Notes: generated from the letters alone by a model not told the origin. A DNA stretch of 64,000 bases from an uncultured Holophagales bacterium (GCA_963842525.1 CAWJGT010000019.1:416001-480000); one strand, 5' to 3'; shown: positions 1-8,812, numbered from the stretch's first letter. Numbers and translations are program-made.

Positions 1-469
1 GGGGCTCTACGGCGTCTTCCTGCACACCGGCCAGACGGCCATGGCCGATCCGGTGAGCGGGCGTTATAAGGCCTTTCTTTTCGTCGGCCTCGCCTACTTC
101 CTGACCGCCGTGCTGGCGCCCCTGTTCGTCCTCAAGGTCCAGGGCGCCTCGTGGGCGTTTCCCGGGCGAGGCATGGCCTGGTCGCTCCTGGCCGGCACCG
201 TCGGCGCCATCGGGGCCTTCTGCGTCCTCCTCGCCTTCGGCGCCAAGGGAAGCCCGAGCGTCGTCATGTCCATCGTTTTCGCCGGTGCCCCCATCGTGAA
301 CGCCCTTGCCGCCTGGGTTTTCCATCCGACGAAGCTGCGCTGGCAGTTCCTGGTGGGGCTCCTCCTCGCCGCCCTCGGCGCCTTCCTGGTCACGCTCTAC
401 CGGCCGGCTCCCACCCCGCCGCCCCCGACCCAAGCCATGAGGAACAGAGGAACAGAGGGACTCTCTTGA
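1..469 (+). CDS. Small multi-TM membrane protein (DMT/EamA-like), 5'-partial; paralog of 8813-9310
   Basis: Frame is open from the window edge; hydrophobic helices; aligns to 8854-~9283 at offset 8853. Confidence 0.8.
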   Translation, partial: GLYGVFLHTGQTAMADPVSGRYKAFLFVGLAYFLTAVLAPLFVLKVQGASWAFPGRGMAWSLLAGTVGAIGAFCVLLAFGAKGSPSVVMSIVFAGAPIVNALAAWVFHPTKLRWQFLVGLLLAALGAFLVTLYRPAPTPPPPTQAMRNRGTEGLS

Positions 470-519
470 CTGTTTTCCTGCTGCAAACCTTGACCAGTAC
501 TTGAGCGGGGAGAAGAGCC

Positions 520-612
520 TTGGCGGCGACGAGAGTCTTCGTTGACACGCTCTTCGTCGTTGCTCTGATCAACCAGCGCGATCAGTACCATCAGCAGGCC
601 TTGAGGCTAGCC
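520..612 (+). pseudogene. PIN-domain (VapC-like) toxin N-terminal fragment
   Basis: RVFVDTLFVVALINQRDQYHQQA matches the PIN N-terminus (hhDT...D.hH); similarity is lost after ~30 aa. Confidence 0.65.
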
Positions 613-669
613 GCCAGACGTTTTCAGCGCCTGTATGCCCACTTGGAGGGTTCCAAGGGCAGACCTCTC

Positions 670-873
670 CCGATCCCGCGCGCGGGAAGTCAGCGGCGGG
701 CCGAAAATTGCGAAAGCTGTCAGCGGCCCGAATGCCCGAAGGCCTACCCGCTCACCCAGGGCAGGGCCGGCGGGAAGCTGCCCGCGGGGAAGACGACGTC
801 TCGCACCCCGATCTACACCCATGTTCTGAATCGTGGGGGAAGGGGAGTCCTGAGCCCGATCGACGACCTGTAG
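670..873 (+). pseudogene. intI: Eroded integron integrase C-terminal remnant
   Basis: 811-873 encodes IYTHVLNRGGRGVLSPIDDL*, the characteristic IntI C-terminus including the catalytic Tyr. It is preceded by a degraded ELLGHxDVSTT (771-810) and a DPRAGSQRR-like relic of the IntI-specific insertion (~672-699). Confidence 0.8.
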
Positions 874-937
874 AGGCTTACACGAGCAGGCGCACGTGCT
901 AAGGACTTCACACCTGTTCTCCCAAGTCGTTGATCTG

Positions 938-944
938 GTTAGGC
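938..944 (+). other. Candidate attI core (R box GTTAGGC)
   Basis: Perfect GTTRRRY 65 bp after the intI stop and upstream of the first cassette; there is no attC-type hairpin around it. Confidence 0.4.
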
Positions 945-1352
945 TTGGGCGTCCTTCCTAGGACGCCTTCATATCCGATTCCGGCCCGTAGATCCTTCCG
1001 CTGCACCCGCCAGGGTCGGCCTTCGCCGGCGAATAAGTCTTCCGCGTGTGACTCAAATAGCAATACTGCGTAGTGTCAGCTCCGCCGGAGGAGCGTCCTT
1101 CGCTCGTCCAGGAGGACGTCTTTGCGACTTGCGTGGTACCTGCCCGGCGAGAAGGCATATCAAGCGGCCTCGCGGCCTTGACGTGGATACGCAAGCGACG
1201 TAAGATGCAGTACACTTGAGACTTGGCACTCTCTCGCCCGCGCGAGGCAGTGGAGCTGGCGGGGCTGATTCGAGGATATGTCGGCGCAACAGGGTACCGG
1301 TGAATCTGTAAGATAGAGGATACACGGCAGAGAATGGGTGCGAAGAGCGAGC

Positions 1353-2201
1353 ATGCGAGGAAATAAGCGCCAACCCCTCGGGAGGGCCGTCACAATCTGT
1401 TTGGCTGGTGCCGGACTCTTCTTCGTTTTGAGATTCTATTTCGTTTCTCTAGGCTGGCACGTTGTGAGTGAGGTTACCTTACATGTGGCGGTCGCTTTTC
1501 TTGTCGCGCTGATAGTCATAGTTGCCCTTGAATACAACGCTCACCAGCAAACCCATAGAGAAGTTATGGATTTTGTAGCTCTTGTCGCCGAACAGGGATT
1601 CCAGGCGTTATTTCGAGGCCTTCCTGACTCTCTTTTCGCAGAGCTATCTGCACTTATGAGGTCCGAAGTAGTTCGAGTGGACTGCCGTTATGTGATCACC
1701 TTCAAGGAAGGAGATCCCAAGTTGGGTCCGAATCACGCCTTGCTACGGCGTGAGACGGCTTTTATAGCTCGGAATATCTCGGATCACGAAAGTGAATATT
1801 CTCTCGACTCGAGCAACTTATCTGAAACAAAAATTAATGGAGAAACGGTGGTTCTCGGCGCCAAGCAATTGGAGTTGCGAGAAAGCGGCCCCGCCATGTT
1901 CTCTCACTCTGTCTTGCTCCCTCCTAATGGCTCAGCTAGCATCTATCTATCGGGAGAGGAAAATGTCTCTCTAGGGGCAGGAAGATTTAGTTTCGTGCTG
2001 GGTACTCCCACGGTCGGCATCACGATATTTATTCGAAACGAGTGCCCAAAGCTACTGACCGATTTAAGAGTTTTGATGATTCATGGAAGTAGGATGGAGC
2101 TGCGGCAGGATAAGCAGGGCATGTACCGCTTCGACCGTGCTATCCTTCCAGGAAACGGGTTTGAGGTGTTTTGGAACCAGGAAATCGAGGTTGCCGTGTA
2201 A
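1353..2201 (+). CDS. Integron cassette ORF: hypothetical protein with 2 N-terminal TM helices
   Basis: Low-GC ORF; its TAA stop lies inside the attC R'' box (GTGTAAC). Confidence 0.75.
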   Translation: MRGNKRQPLGRAVTICLAGAGLFFVLRFYFVSLGWHVVSEVTLHVAVAFLVALIVIVALEYNAHQQTHREVMDFVALVAEQGFQALFRGLPDSLFAELSALMRSEVVRVDCRYVITFKEGDPKLGPNHALLRRETAFIARNISDHESEYSLDSSNLSETKINGETVVLGAKQLELRESGPAMFSHSVLLPPNGSASIYLSGEENVSLGAGRFSFVLGTPTVGITIFIRNECPKLLTDLRVLMIHGSRMELRQDKQGMYRFDRAILPGNGFEVFWNQEIEVAV

Positions 2202-2269
2202 CACCGGCAGTCGAGCGGACGGAACCGCAAACAGCGCGGTCCCGCCGCTCACCGCCAGCGCGGTTGGGC
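2196..2269 (+). other. attC site 1
   Basis: GTGTAAC...GTTGGGC. The inner arms ggcagt(C)gagcgg(A)cggaaccgc / gcggtcccgccgctcaccgcc pair with two extrahelical bases. Confidence 0.85.
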
Positions 2270-2284
2270 GGCCAGGAAACAACC

Positions 2285-3217
2285 ATGAGCACTGATGCAC
2301 CCAAAGATCGTGTCAGGTCGGCGAACCTCGCAATGATCGAGCGATGGTTGCCTCATTCTCTGTCCATCATAGCGATCACACTCTCGGTGTGGGCCCTCGT
2401 CCAAAATCGGTCAGACCTGGGGCAGAGTCGAGCGGAACGGGTTACTGAACTTCTCGACGAGGGGTTTGATCTCCTCTCCTCAGATCCGCACCTCCAACAG
2501 GGTGCTCATAACCGGGTAACGGATCCAAAGATTCTAACTTCCGTCTCAAGAAAGATCGACCGCGCTCTTCTTCTTGAGCCTGGGTCCGAGCGGGCCTATC
2601 AATTGAAGGCATTCTATCACGCCACTCGCGCACAGTATGCTTTAGCTGAGCAATCCGCTAGAAAGGCTATTGATATTGCGCCGCGTTCGGCTTTTGCGTA
2701 TTACACTCTTGGTAACGTGTACCACGCAGCCCTTGACCTTCCTAAAGCGGAGTCTGCGTATAGATTCGCGCTCGCGATGGATCCTCAAAGTTCGGAAGCC
2801 CTCGAAGCCTTCGGAACCCTTTTTCTGTTTCACGGACATCCCGCTAAGGCCATACCCCTTCTCCAGCGTGCGGCGGCGCTGCCACATGCAGACTCAGAAA
2901 CTTTTCTTTACCTCGCTTTTGCGCTTGGCCGAGCCGGCCGCCTTGACGAGGCGAACGCTGCTGCCTCCCAAGCTGTTGAGCACAACCCCGGCGACCCCTT
3001 GGCCCTTGAAACCCTCGCATACACTCTTGCAGGCATCCATCGTCCTGAAGACGCAATTCGGGTCTTCAATAAAGTCGCGCAGGTCAATTCGGCAAGAGCC
3101 AAGAGCGCCACCGAAGCTGCTCACTTGCTCGCTACGCGCTCAGACCTGCAGGTTAAATTTGTGGCGCACCCTGAAGACTCTCTCGATCTGCTGCTTGGAC
3201 CGGAGTCGGAGAATTGA
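2285..3217 (+). CDS. Integron cassette ORF: membrane-anchored tetratricopeptide-repeat protein
   Basis: N-terminal TM followed by several TPR units (e.g. AYYTLGNVY...AESAYRFALAMDP); ATG lies 16 bp after attC1. Confidence 0.8.
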   Translation: MSTDAPKDRVRSANLAMIERWLPHSLSIIAITLSVWALVQNRSDLGQSRAERVTELLDEGFDLLSSDPHLQQGAHNRVTDPKILTSVSRKIDRALLLEPGSERAYQLKAFYHATRAQYALAEQSARKAIDIAPRSAFAYYTLGNVYHAALDLPKAESAYRFALAMDPQSSEALEAFGTLFLFHGHPAKAIPLLQRAAALPHADSETFLYLAFALGRAGRLDEANAAASQAVEHNPGDPLALETLAYTLAGIHRPEDAIRVFNKVAQVNSARAKSATEAAHLLATRSDLQVKFVAHPEDSLDLLLGPESEN

Positions 3218-3234
3218 GACCTTGGTTACTGGCC

Positions 3235-3309
3235 ACCCAACCCAAGCGGTCGAGCGGACGGAAACCGCAAACAGCGCGGTTCCCGCCGCTCATCGGCACA
3301 GCGTCAAGC
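3235..3309 (+). other. attC site 2
   Basis: ACCCAAC...GTCAAGC (R' degenerate); the core is nearly identical to attC1. Confidence 0.8.
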
Positions 3310-3343
3310 CTCCATTTCACTTTCGTTGCGGAGAGATGAGCTT

Positions 3344-4183
3344 ATGGTGATAGTCGAAGGCCCGCAAGATTCTTCAAGGGAAGGTCGTCGGCTGAGGTTT
3401 CTCTCGGTTGCCATACTTCTAAGCTGTTCTGCGGTACTGTCTAGCTGTGGCCAAGTAGCATTCAGTGACAAGCACACAGCCGAAGAGAGCGGCTACCTCT
3501 CGCAATTTAAGGCTGCTTTTACGGCTGCATGCCGGGTCGGGACCACTCAGATAGTACAAACTGGCGTTACTCCAGTGCAGGTTTCGTGCGGCGCAGCCCC
3601 GGGTACCGGAGGTTATACTTGCACTCAATACATGCCGACCTATTCTACCGTCAAGATTGATTGGCTTTCCGATTCAGGCATCAATGCCATTGACATTTCT
3701 CCCCAGCTAGACAAGACTTTGCCGCCATCAGGTCTTGTCCAAGCACAAGAGTTCCTTGCTAGCACACTACTTTCTGAGTTACAACGGGACACCAGTATTG
3801 GGAATCAATCTTCAAGAGCCTGTCAGGCCTTTACCGAGTTCGAACAATCTGTTCAAGCACGAACCGAGTCGTACAAGACCACCGAATCGCTCTTTATAAC
3901 GTATAAACCGCCGGTCCCAGTGCTTCCCGGAATTGAGTATGACACGAGGAGCGGCTTTGGCTTAGCAGTCGATAAATCCATTACCGTTCCAACAAAGTAC
4001 GGCAACGTCACGGCTGGATATAAGTCGGCCCCCGGCATTCACATGCTGCGAGTTGTGAGCGAAGGAAAGCAACGTTACCTAACTCTCGATCGACCATTCG
4101 AGTTCTATATTCCCAAAGGATACTCTACCAGTGTGGCATATGAAGGTAAGGATGAGCTCATACTGCTGGTCAGCAAGAGTTAG
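3344..4183 (+). CDS. Integron cassette ORF: putative lipoprotein, unknown function
   Basis: Low GC; basic then hydrophobic N-terminus with a VLSSC lipobox-like motif. Confidence 0.65.
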   Translation: MVIVEGPQDSSREGRRLRFLSVAILLSCSAVLSSCGQVAFSDKHTAEESGYLSQFKAAFTAACRVGTTQIVQTGVTPVQVSCGAAPGTGGYTCTQYMPTYSTVKIDWLSDSGINAIDISPQLDKTLPPSGLVQAQEFLASTLLSELQRDTSIGNQSSRACQAFTEFEQSVQARTESYKTTESLFITYKPPVPVLPGIEYDTRSGFGLAVDKSITVPTKYGNVTAGYKSAPGIHMLRVVSEGKQRYLTLDRPFEFYIPKGYSTSVAYEGKDELILLVSKS

Positions 4184-4462
4184 GCGTTTCGAACCTTCGG
4201 CCCCTATAAACACAGAGCCGAAACCATGTCGAGGTCCCGGAGGTGCCATGGTCGAGCAGGTAGCGCAAAGACCAGTCTCGTGGTCGGGCTCGCCAAACTG
4301 CCCGGTCTGCGGACCGGCCGAGCGGTCAGGAAACCTCGTGGAGCCAAGCGGGTGCCTGGTGCCCAGGGGGGCTGAATCGTGGACTCGGAGGTCCGTTGTA
4401 TAATCAAAAAAGGCAGTGCGGTGTAACCATAGCTATATACGCGAGTAGGAAACCTTGTGTTC

Positions 4463-4532
4463 CGCCAACCTACCCCTGCACCGGACGGCTGGGCTCGCGC
4501 CCATCCGCCGGTGAGGGGACACAGCGTTGGCG
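4463..4532 (+). other. attC site 3
   Basis: CGCCAAC...GTTGGCG are complementary; cccct(G)caccgg(A)cgg pairs with ccgccggtgagggg, leaving two extrahelical bases. Confidence 0.85.
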
Positions 4533-4795
4533 TACTGAAGACCTGGAGAGCAACCGGCGTACACATTTAACACGCCCAGGGTAGGGATTGGAACGCAATT
4601 CGCTACTCTGCTTCGGAGCGATCGGAGATGTACCAACCACACCACTCGCCCGAGACACTTTCTTCCGCGGTCGGAAGGCGGATCGTGTTCATATCGTCCG
4701 CCCCGGGCGAAGATCAGGCGGCGAAGGGGTGGAGGCAGCCCAAAACTGCATTCGGCAATGGCGTCCGGAGCTGCTAGCCTAGCACGAGCGATGAT

Positions 4796-4850
4796 GCCGA
4801 AGCGGAGTAAGGCTACGCCCGAAGGGCGCGGTGAAGGGGCGTAGTTCGGC
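4796..4850 (+). other. Degenerate attC-like site 4
   Basis: GCCGAAG...GTTCGGC ends. The right arm (gggcgcggtgaaggggcgtagttcggc) is attC-like; the left arm is eroded. Confidence 0.4.
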
Positions 4851-5116
4851 GCCCTCCCTACTGCTCACCCTCCTGAGAATAGGTGCCTGGGGATTCTTGA
4901 GGACCTTGAGTATGGGAGGCCCGCGGGGCCTGCGCCAGCCTGTGTTCATCCTCCCGAGGAGCCTGAGCGAGCCTCTTGGACGCACCCAAGGGAGGATCGA
5001 GAGCGATTTTTCCCGCACTCTTTGGGGATCTGACGGCGACTGGCGGTAGGCTCAACTCTGCCCGCCAAGCAGGAGAAGGGAGAAAGCTTCTGAGAGTTGA
5101 TTGGCAGCCGGTCCGG

Positions 5117-6070
5117 CTACCCAGGCACGGGAATGAGACCACGGGGCGGCTGATCGCTGACAAAGGGCAGGTGAGGCGGAAAGCTCCCTGCGGGAAACCG
5201 CGCATTCCGATCGCCATCCTTGAGCTTGTCCGCCGCCTCCCGGAACGCCGCCACGAACCAGCTATAGGCCTCGTAGAGCTCTTTGCGGACTTTGCGGCTA
5301 AAGGCGTGAAAAAGCGGGGCCGGGGACGTCTTGGTCTTCACCGGCTGATCGGTCGGTTTCTGGCGCAGGATCGCCTTGACCCCCAGAGGTTGGCAACCGG
5401 TCTGCTCTCTCTCGGCCGCAGCTTGGGCCTCGATCTCGGCGATGAGCTCGGCGATCTTCGCTCGATACTGCTCCGGCGTTAGATGCGCCCAACAGGGTAA
5501 GGGCTCGAAGCGCAGGGTTTCGGTCTCCGCGAAGTCCCGCACTCCAAAGGACTCGCCCCGCTGGCGCGCGCTGTACTCGGCGGTGCGGCTGAACCAGGTC
5601 CCTTTCAACGACTGGCCTTCGAGCAGGGCCGCCGCCGAATGGACTCCCGGCCATTCGAGGACCCGGCCCACCAATCCTTCTTTAACCCCGTGCGCAATTA
5701 TATATTTCAAGCGCGCGACCTGGGCTCCGGCTTCATCGCTGATCACGACGGCCTGATATCGCCGGGCCCAGATTCCGTGCCTCCAGCCGGTGAGACGCTG
5801 GACCTCGAGGGCCAGGCCCGAATTGACATCACGCATGAAGTCGGCAAGCTGTTTGGCATCGGTAACCCACAGCACAAGGTGATAATGATTTGACGCAAAG
5901 GCTGCGACAATCACGGCGACTTCGTAGATTCGCTGGGCGCGGCCGAGGATGCCGATGATGATGTCGTTGAGCTCAGGGCTGGGCCGGAGGAGGAAGCGGC
6001 TCTGGACGGTGCGGCAGGTGACCTCGACGAGGGCGCCTCCTTCGGGGATGAATCGCAGTCTCCGGGCCAT
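5117..6070 (-). mobile_element. Y1 HUH transposase-like protein (IS200/RAYT superfamily), 317 aa
   Basis: VTCRT N-terminus, HUH motif SNHYHLV, W.RRY, catalytic Tyr in LKYIIAHGVKEGLV...WPGVHS. Confidence 0.8.
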
Positions 6071-6427
6071 GACGTGGGCGGTGGCAAGACGGCTGCCAAT
6101 TCGGGGCTCTGGGTCAAGTTGTTGATTTTAAGTGAGTTATCGGAAAGAGGGAGCGGGGTGACCCGGATCTCGTGTCCAGTGATCTGGCGGGGGGTAGATG
6201 CGAAATGGCCCGCAAAGGCCCGTCGTTGTTGGATTTTGGGTCGTGTCAAGTTATTAGGCGGGGGTGCAGAATCTTTTGCGGGCGACCCAAATCGCGGTGT
6301 TTCGGGGGGTTGGAGCGGTGGGTGCAGGGCGGGACGGTACTTCGAGGGTGGGATAATCGCGGTCTTCTTCCGCGAGAAGCACGAGCATCCGCTTCCGCCG
6401 AGGATCCTCTGGCACCTCAAACCTGGC

Positions 6428-6893
6428 AACGAGCCAGCGGAGCTTACATCGGCGTGGCGGAGCTTACGCTGGGCTAACGTAAGCTTACATCGGCGTGGCG
6501 GAGCTTACATCGGGCCAGCGGAGCTTACGCTGGGCCAGCGTAAGCTTGCAACGAGCCAGCGGAGCTTACATCGGCATGGCGGAGCTTACGTTGGGCTAAC
6601 GTAAGCATACATCGGCGTGGCGGAGCTTACATCGGGCCAGCGGAGCTTACGCTGAGCCAGCGTAAGCTTGCATCGAGCCAGCGGAGCTTACATCGGCATG
6701 GCGGAGCTTACGTTGGGCTAACGTAAGCATACATCGGCGTGGCGGAGCTTACATCGGGCCAGCGGAGCTTACGCTGGGCCAGCGTAAGCTTGCAACGAGT
6801 CAGCGTAAGCTCCGCCGAGGCAACGCAAGCTCCGCGACGCCGATGCAAGCTTGCATCGCGCCAGCATCAGCTCCGCTGAGGCAACGCAAGCTC
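6428..6893. repeat. Higher-order tandem array of ~23 units spaced 20/20/21 bp around an AGCT core, with palindromic units and an orientation flip
   Basis: AGCT cores at 6441, 6461, 6482, 6502, 6522, 6543 ... 6889; 61-bp and 122-bp superperiods; AGCTTACGCTGG-G-CCAGCGTAAGCT palindromes. Confidence 0.9.
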
Positions 6894-7054
6894 TTCTACG
6901 CCATGGCAGGCTCGCATCGTTCTGACAGATGTTCCGCTGAGCCCGTGCAAGGATCGCTGGGACGGAGTGAGCGGACTTTGCTCCGGCCCTGGCTCCGCCA
7001 GGCCGGCGTGGCCAGCGCCGGGGCAAGGGATCGAGAGGGCGAGACCGCGGAAGG

Positions 7055-7088
7055 AAAAAAAGAGGGAGCGTGCCGGGCACGCCCCCTC
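7055..7088 (-). terminator. Intrinsic terminator after the 7108-7506 gene
   Basis: Minus strand GAGGGGGCGTGCCCGGCACGCTCCCTC followed by TTTTTTT. Confidence 0.8.
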
Positions 7089-7107
7089 GACGAGACTGGA
7101 CAGCCGA

Positions 7108-7506
7108 TCAGGTCGCAGGCTCTTGGACCGGGGCCTTGGCTTGCGGCTCCTCGGGAGCCGACTTCTTCGCCTTGAGCCCGGCCGCCTTCCGGCCGCGGAA
7201 CGGCTGCAGGCCGAATTCGGCGAGCTTCTCCGACCGGATCCCGTAGTGCTCCTTGACCGACAAGCGCAGAACCGTCGCCAGCCGCTCGCCTTCGGTGACG
7301 ATCACCTTGAGCCGCTTGGACGCCTCCTGCTTGCTGGCCGCCATCGCCTCCTGCTGCTTGTTGATGTCGACCCCCTCGGCCAGCAGCCCTCCCAGCTTGG
7401 TCCACTGCGGCTGCAGATGGCCGAGCTCGCCGACGTTGGCCTCCAGCTTGGGCAGCATCCGCTGCCAGTCCCCAAACACTTCCGAATACGTACGCGCCTT
7501 CGACAT
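7108..7506 (-). CDS. Hypothetical helical/coiled-coil protein, 132 aa
   Basis: AGAAGGAGG RBS, host-like codon usage, its own terminator; ends ...HYGIRSEKLAEFGLQPFRGRK. Confidence 0.8.
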   Translation of the reverse strand: MSKARTYSEVFGDWQRMLPKLEANVGELGHLQPQWTKLGGLLAEGVDINKQQEAMAASKQEASKRLKVIVTEGERLATVLRLSVKEHYGIRSEKLAEFGLQPFRGRKAAGLKAKKSAPEEPQAKAPVQEPAT

Positions 7507-7697
7507 GACCTGCCTCCTTCTTTCTGGGTCCTCAGGACCCGAACATCCGGCGCCGCGCCGGAAGAGCGATCTGTGCTGGCGGGCCTGAACGCCGGCCCTG
7601 TCTACTCGCTTCCTACGCGGGAACTATGGGGTATGTTACCGGTGTTGTCAAGACTGTTTCTCGTACTTCGGTTCTCTTGTATGTGCATAAAAACAGA

Positions 7698-7733
7698 GAA
7701 GAGAAAAGGGGGCATGTTGGCTTGCACGCCCCC
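7698..7733 (-). terminator. Terminator-like hairpin upstream of the 7506 gene
   Basis: Minus strand GGGGGCGTG-loop-CATGCCCCC followed by TTTTCTCTT. Confidence 0.5.
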
Positions 7734-7872
7734 GAGACAACAGGCTACTTCAAGGGGCCGGAAATAGAAGCAGGCACCGGCACCGAGATGGGGCGCCGGT
7801 CTGGGCAGATCTGGATATCCGCCTTCTGTATTCAACTGCAACGCAGGAATAGTCGGATACGTCCAGGCCCTC

Positions 7873-7919
7873 TGTCAAGTCTTTTTTACTTGACCTGACC
7901 GGGTGTTATGGCATAGGAT
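7873..7919. promoter_or_regulatory. argR promoter with a palindrome forming back-to-back -35 boxes
   Basis: TTGACC (7890-7895), 18 bp, TAGGAT (7914-7919); inverted repeat GTCAAGT-N7-ACTTGAC; TTGACA on the minus strand at 7873-7878. Confidence 0.5.
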
Positions 7920-7925
7920 GAGGCC

Positions 7926-8381
7926 ATGCCAAGGAACCCCCAGGCTCGGCGCCAACGCCAGCAGGCAATCGTGGACCTCATTCGGGAGAAGAAGACGATC
8001 GGCAGCCAGTGGGAGCTCCAGGAGCTGCTCGCTGGCAAGGGGATCCTCGCCACGCAGTCGAGCATCAGCCGCGACCTGCAGGACCTCGGGGCCCGGCGGG
8101 TCAAGGGGTCCTACGTGTTGCGGCCGTGGCGGGCGGTGGGCGATTGGGACTTCGACTCGATCATCGGCCTGGTCGAGCAGATCACCAAGGCAGGCCCCTT
8201 TCTCGCGGTGGTCCAGACGAACCCCAACGCGGCCAAGCTGGTGGCCCGGGCCATCGACGAAGCCGGCTGGGAGGAGCTCGCGGGCACGGTGGCCGGGGAG
8301 GACACGGTCTTCATCGCCACGCGCACCCCGGAAGGCCAGGAACGTCTCTTCCAGCGCTTCGCGAAATATCTCAAGGCGTGA
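7926..8381 (+). CDS. argR: Arginine repressor
   Basis: RQQAIVDLI...SQWELQELL...ATQSSISRDL wHTH; C-terminal GTVAGEDTVFI arginine-binding motif. Confidence 0.9.
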   Translation: MPRNPQARRQRQQAIVDLIREKKTIGSQWELQELLAGKGILATQSSISRDLQDLGARRVKGSYVLRPWRAVGDWDFDSIIGLVEQITKAGPFLAVVQTNPNAAKLVARAIDEAGWEELAGTVAGEDTVFIATRTPEGQERLFQRFAKYLKA

Positions 8382-8403
8382 GCGGTAGGGGTAGACTGCG
8401 CGG

Positions 8404-8808
8404 ATGCTCCGCAATCTGGCCTGGGGCTATTTCGTTCTCTGCGTGGTGATGACCGTGCTGGACGTCCGCGACAGCTTGGAGCGCCAGTGGCCCAGGTGGC
8501 TGCTCGCGCTCGACGTGACGCAGACCGTTCTGGCGCTCCTGGGCATGCTGCTCTGGCTGACCGGAAGCGCTCCGGAGCCTCTGCGCTTCGCCTGGCGGGT
8601 CGTAGCGCCGCTCCTCGTCTTGGGTTTCGTCACGGTCTCGGTGCTGGAGGTCCGCGCTCTGGAACGGAGACCCGATCCAGATCTCTCGCCGCGGGAGAGC
8701 GTCGTAACGCTCTATCTCGGCGTCGTGCTCGGGATCCTCGTCATGATCCCGATCCTGTGCGTCAACTGGCTGCTCGCCTACGGCGAGCTGCCCTGGTTCG
8801 AGAGGTGA
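8404..8808 (+). CDS. Hypothetical 4-TM membrane protein
   Basis: Hydrophobic ORF in an operon-like position. Confidence 0.65.
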   Translation: MLRNLAWGYFVLCVVMTVLDVRDSLERQWPRWLLALDVTQTVLALLGMLLWLTGSAPEPLRFAWRVVAPLLVLGFVTVSVLEVRALERRPDPDLSPRESVVTLYLGVVLGILVMIPILCVNWLLAYGELPWFER

Positions 8809-8812
8809 TTTC

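Noticed and set aside
520-873. 117-aa ORF as a real PIN-integrase fusion protein
   Set aside because: Chance read-through joining a PIN 5' fragment to an eroded intI 3' fragment; the middle part is frame-scrambled.
870-944. attC site ending at GTTAGGC (938)
   Set aside because: No RYYYAAC box or pairing arms upstream; treated as a possible attI instead.
4179-4185. GTTAGGC at the stop of the third cassette ORF as an attC
   Set aside because: Isolated 7-mer with no hairpin; could be chance or a deletion scar.
6428-6893. CRISPR array or repeat-protein gene
   Set aside because: No unique spacers, no cas genes, and the 20/20/21 period breaks any reading frame.
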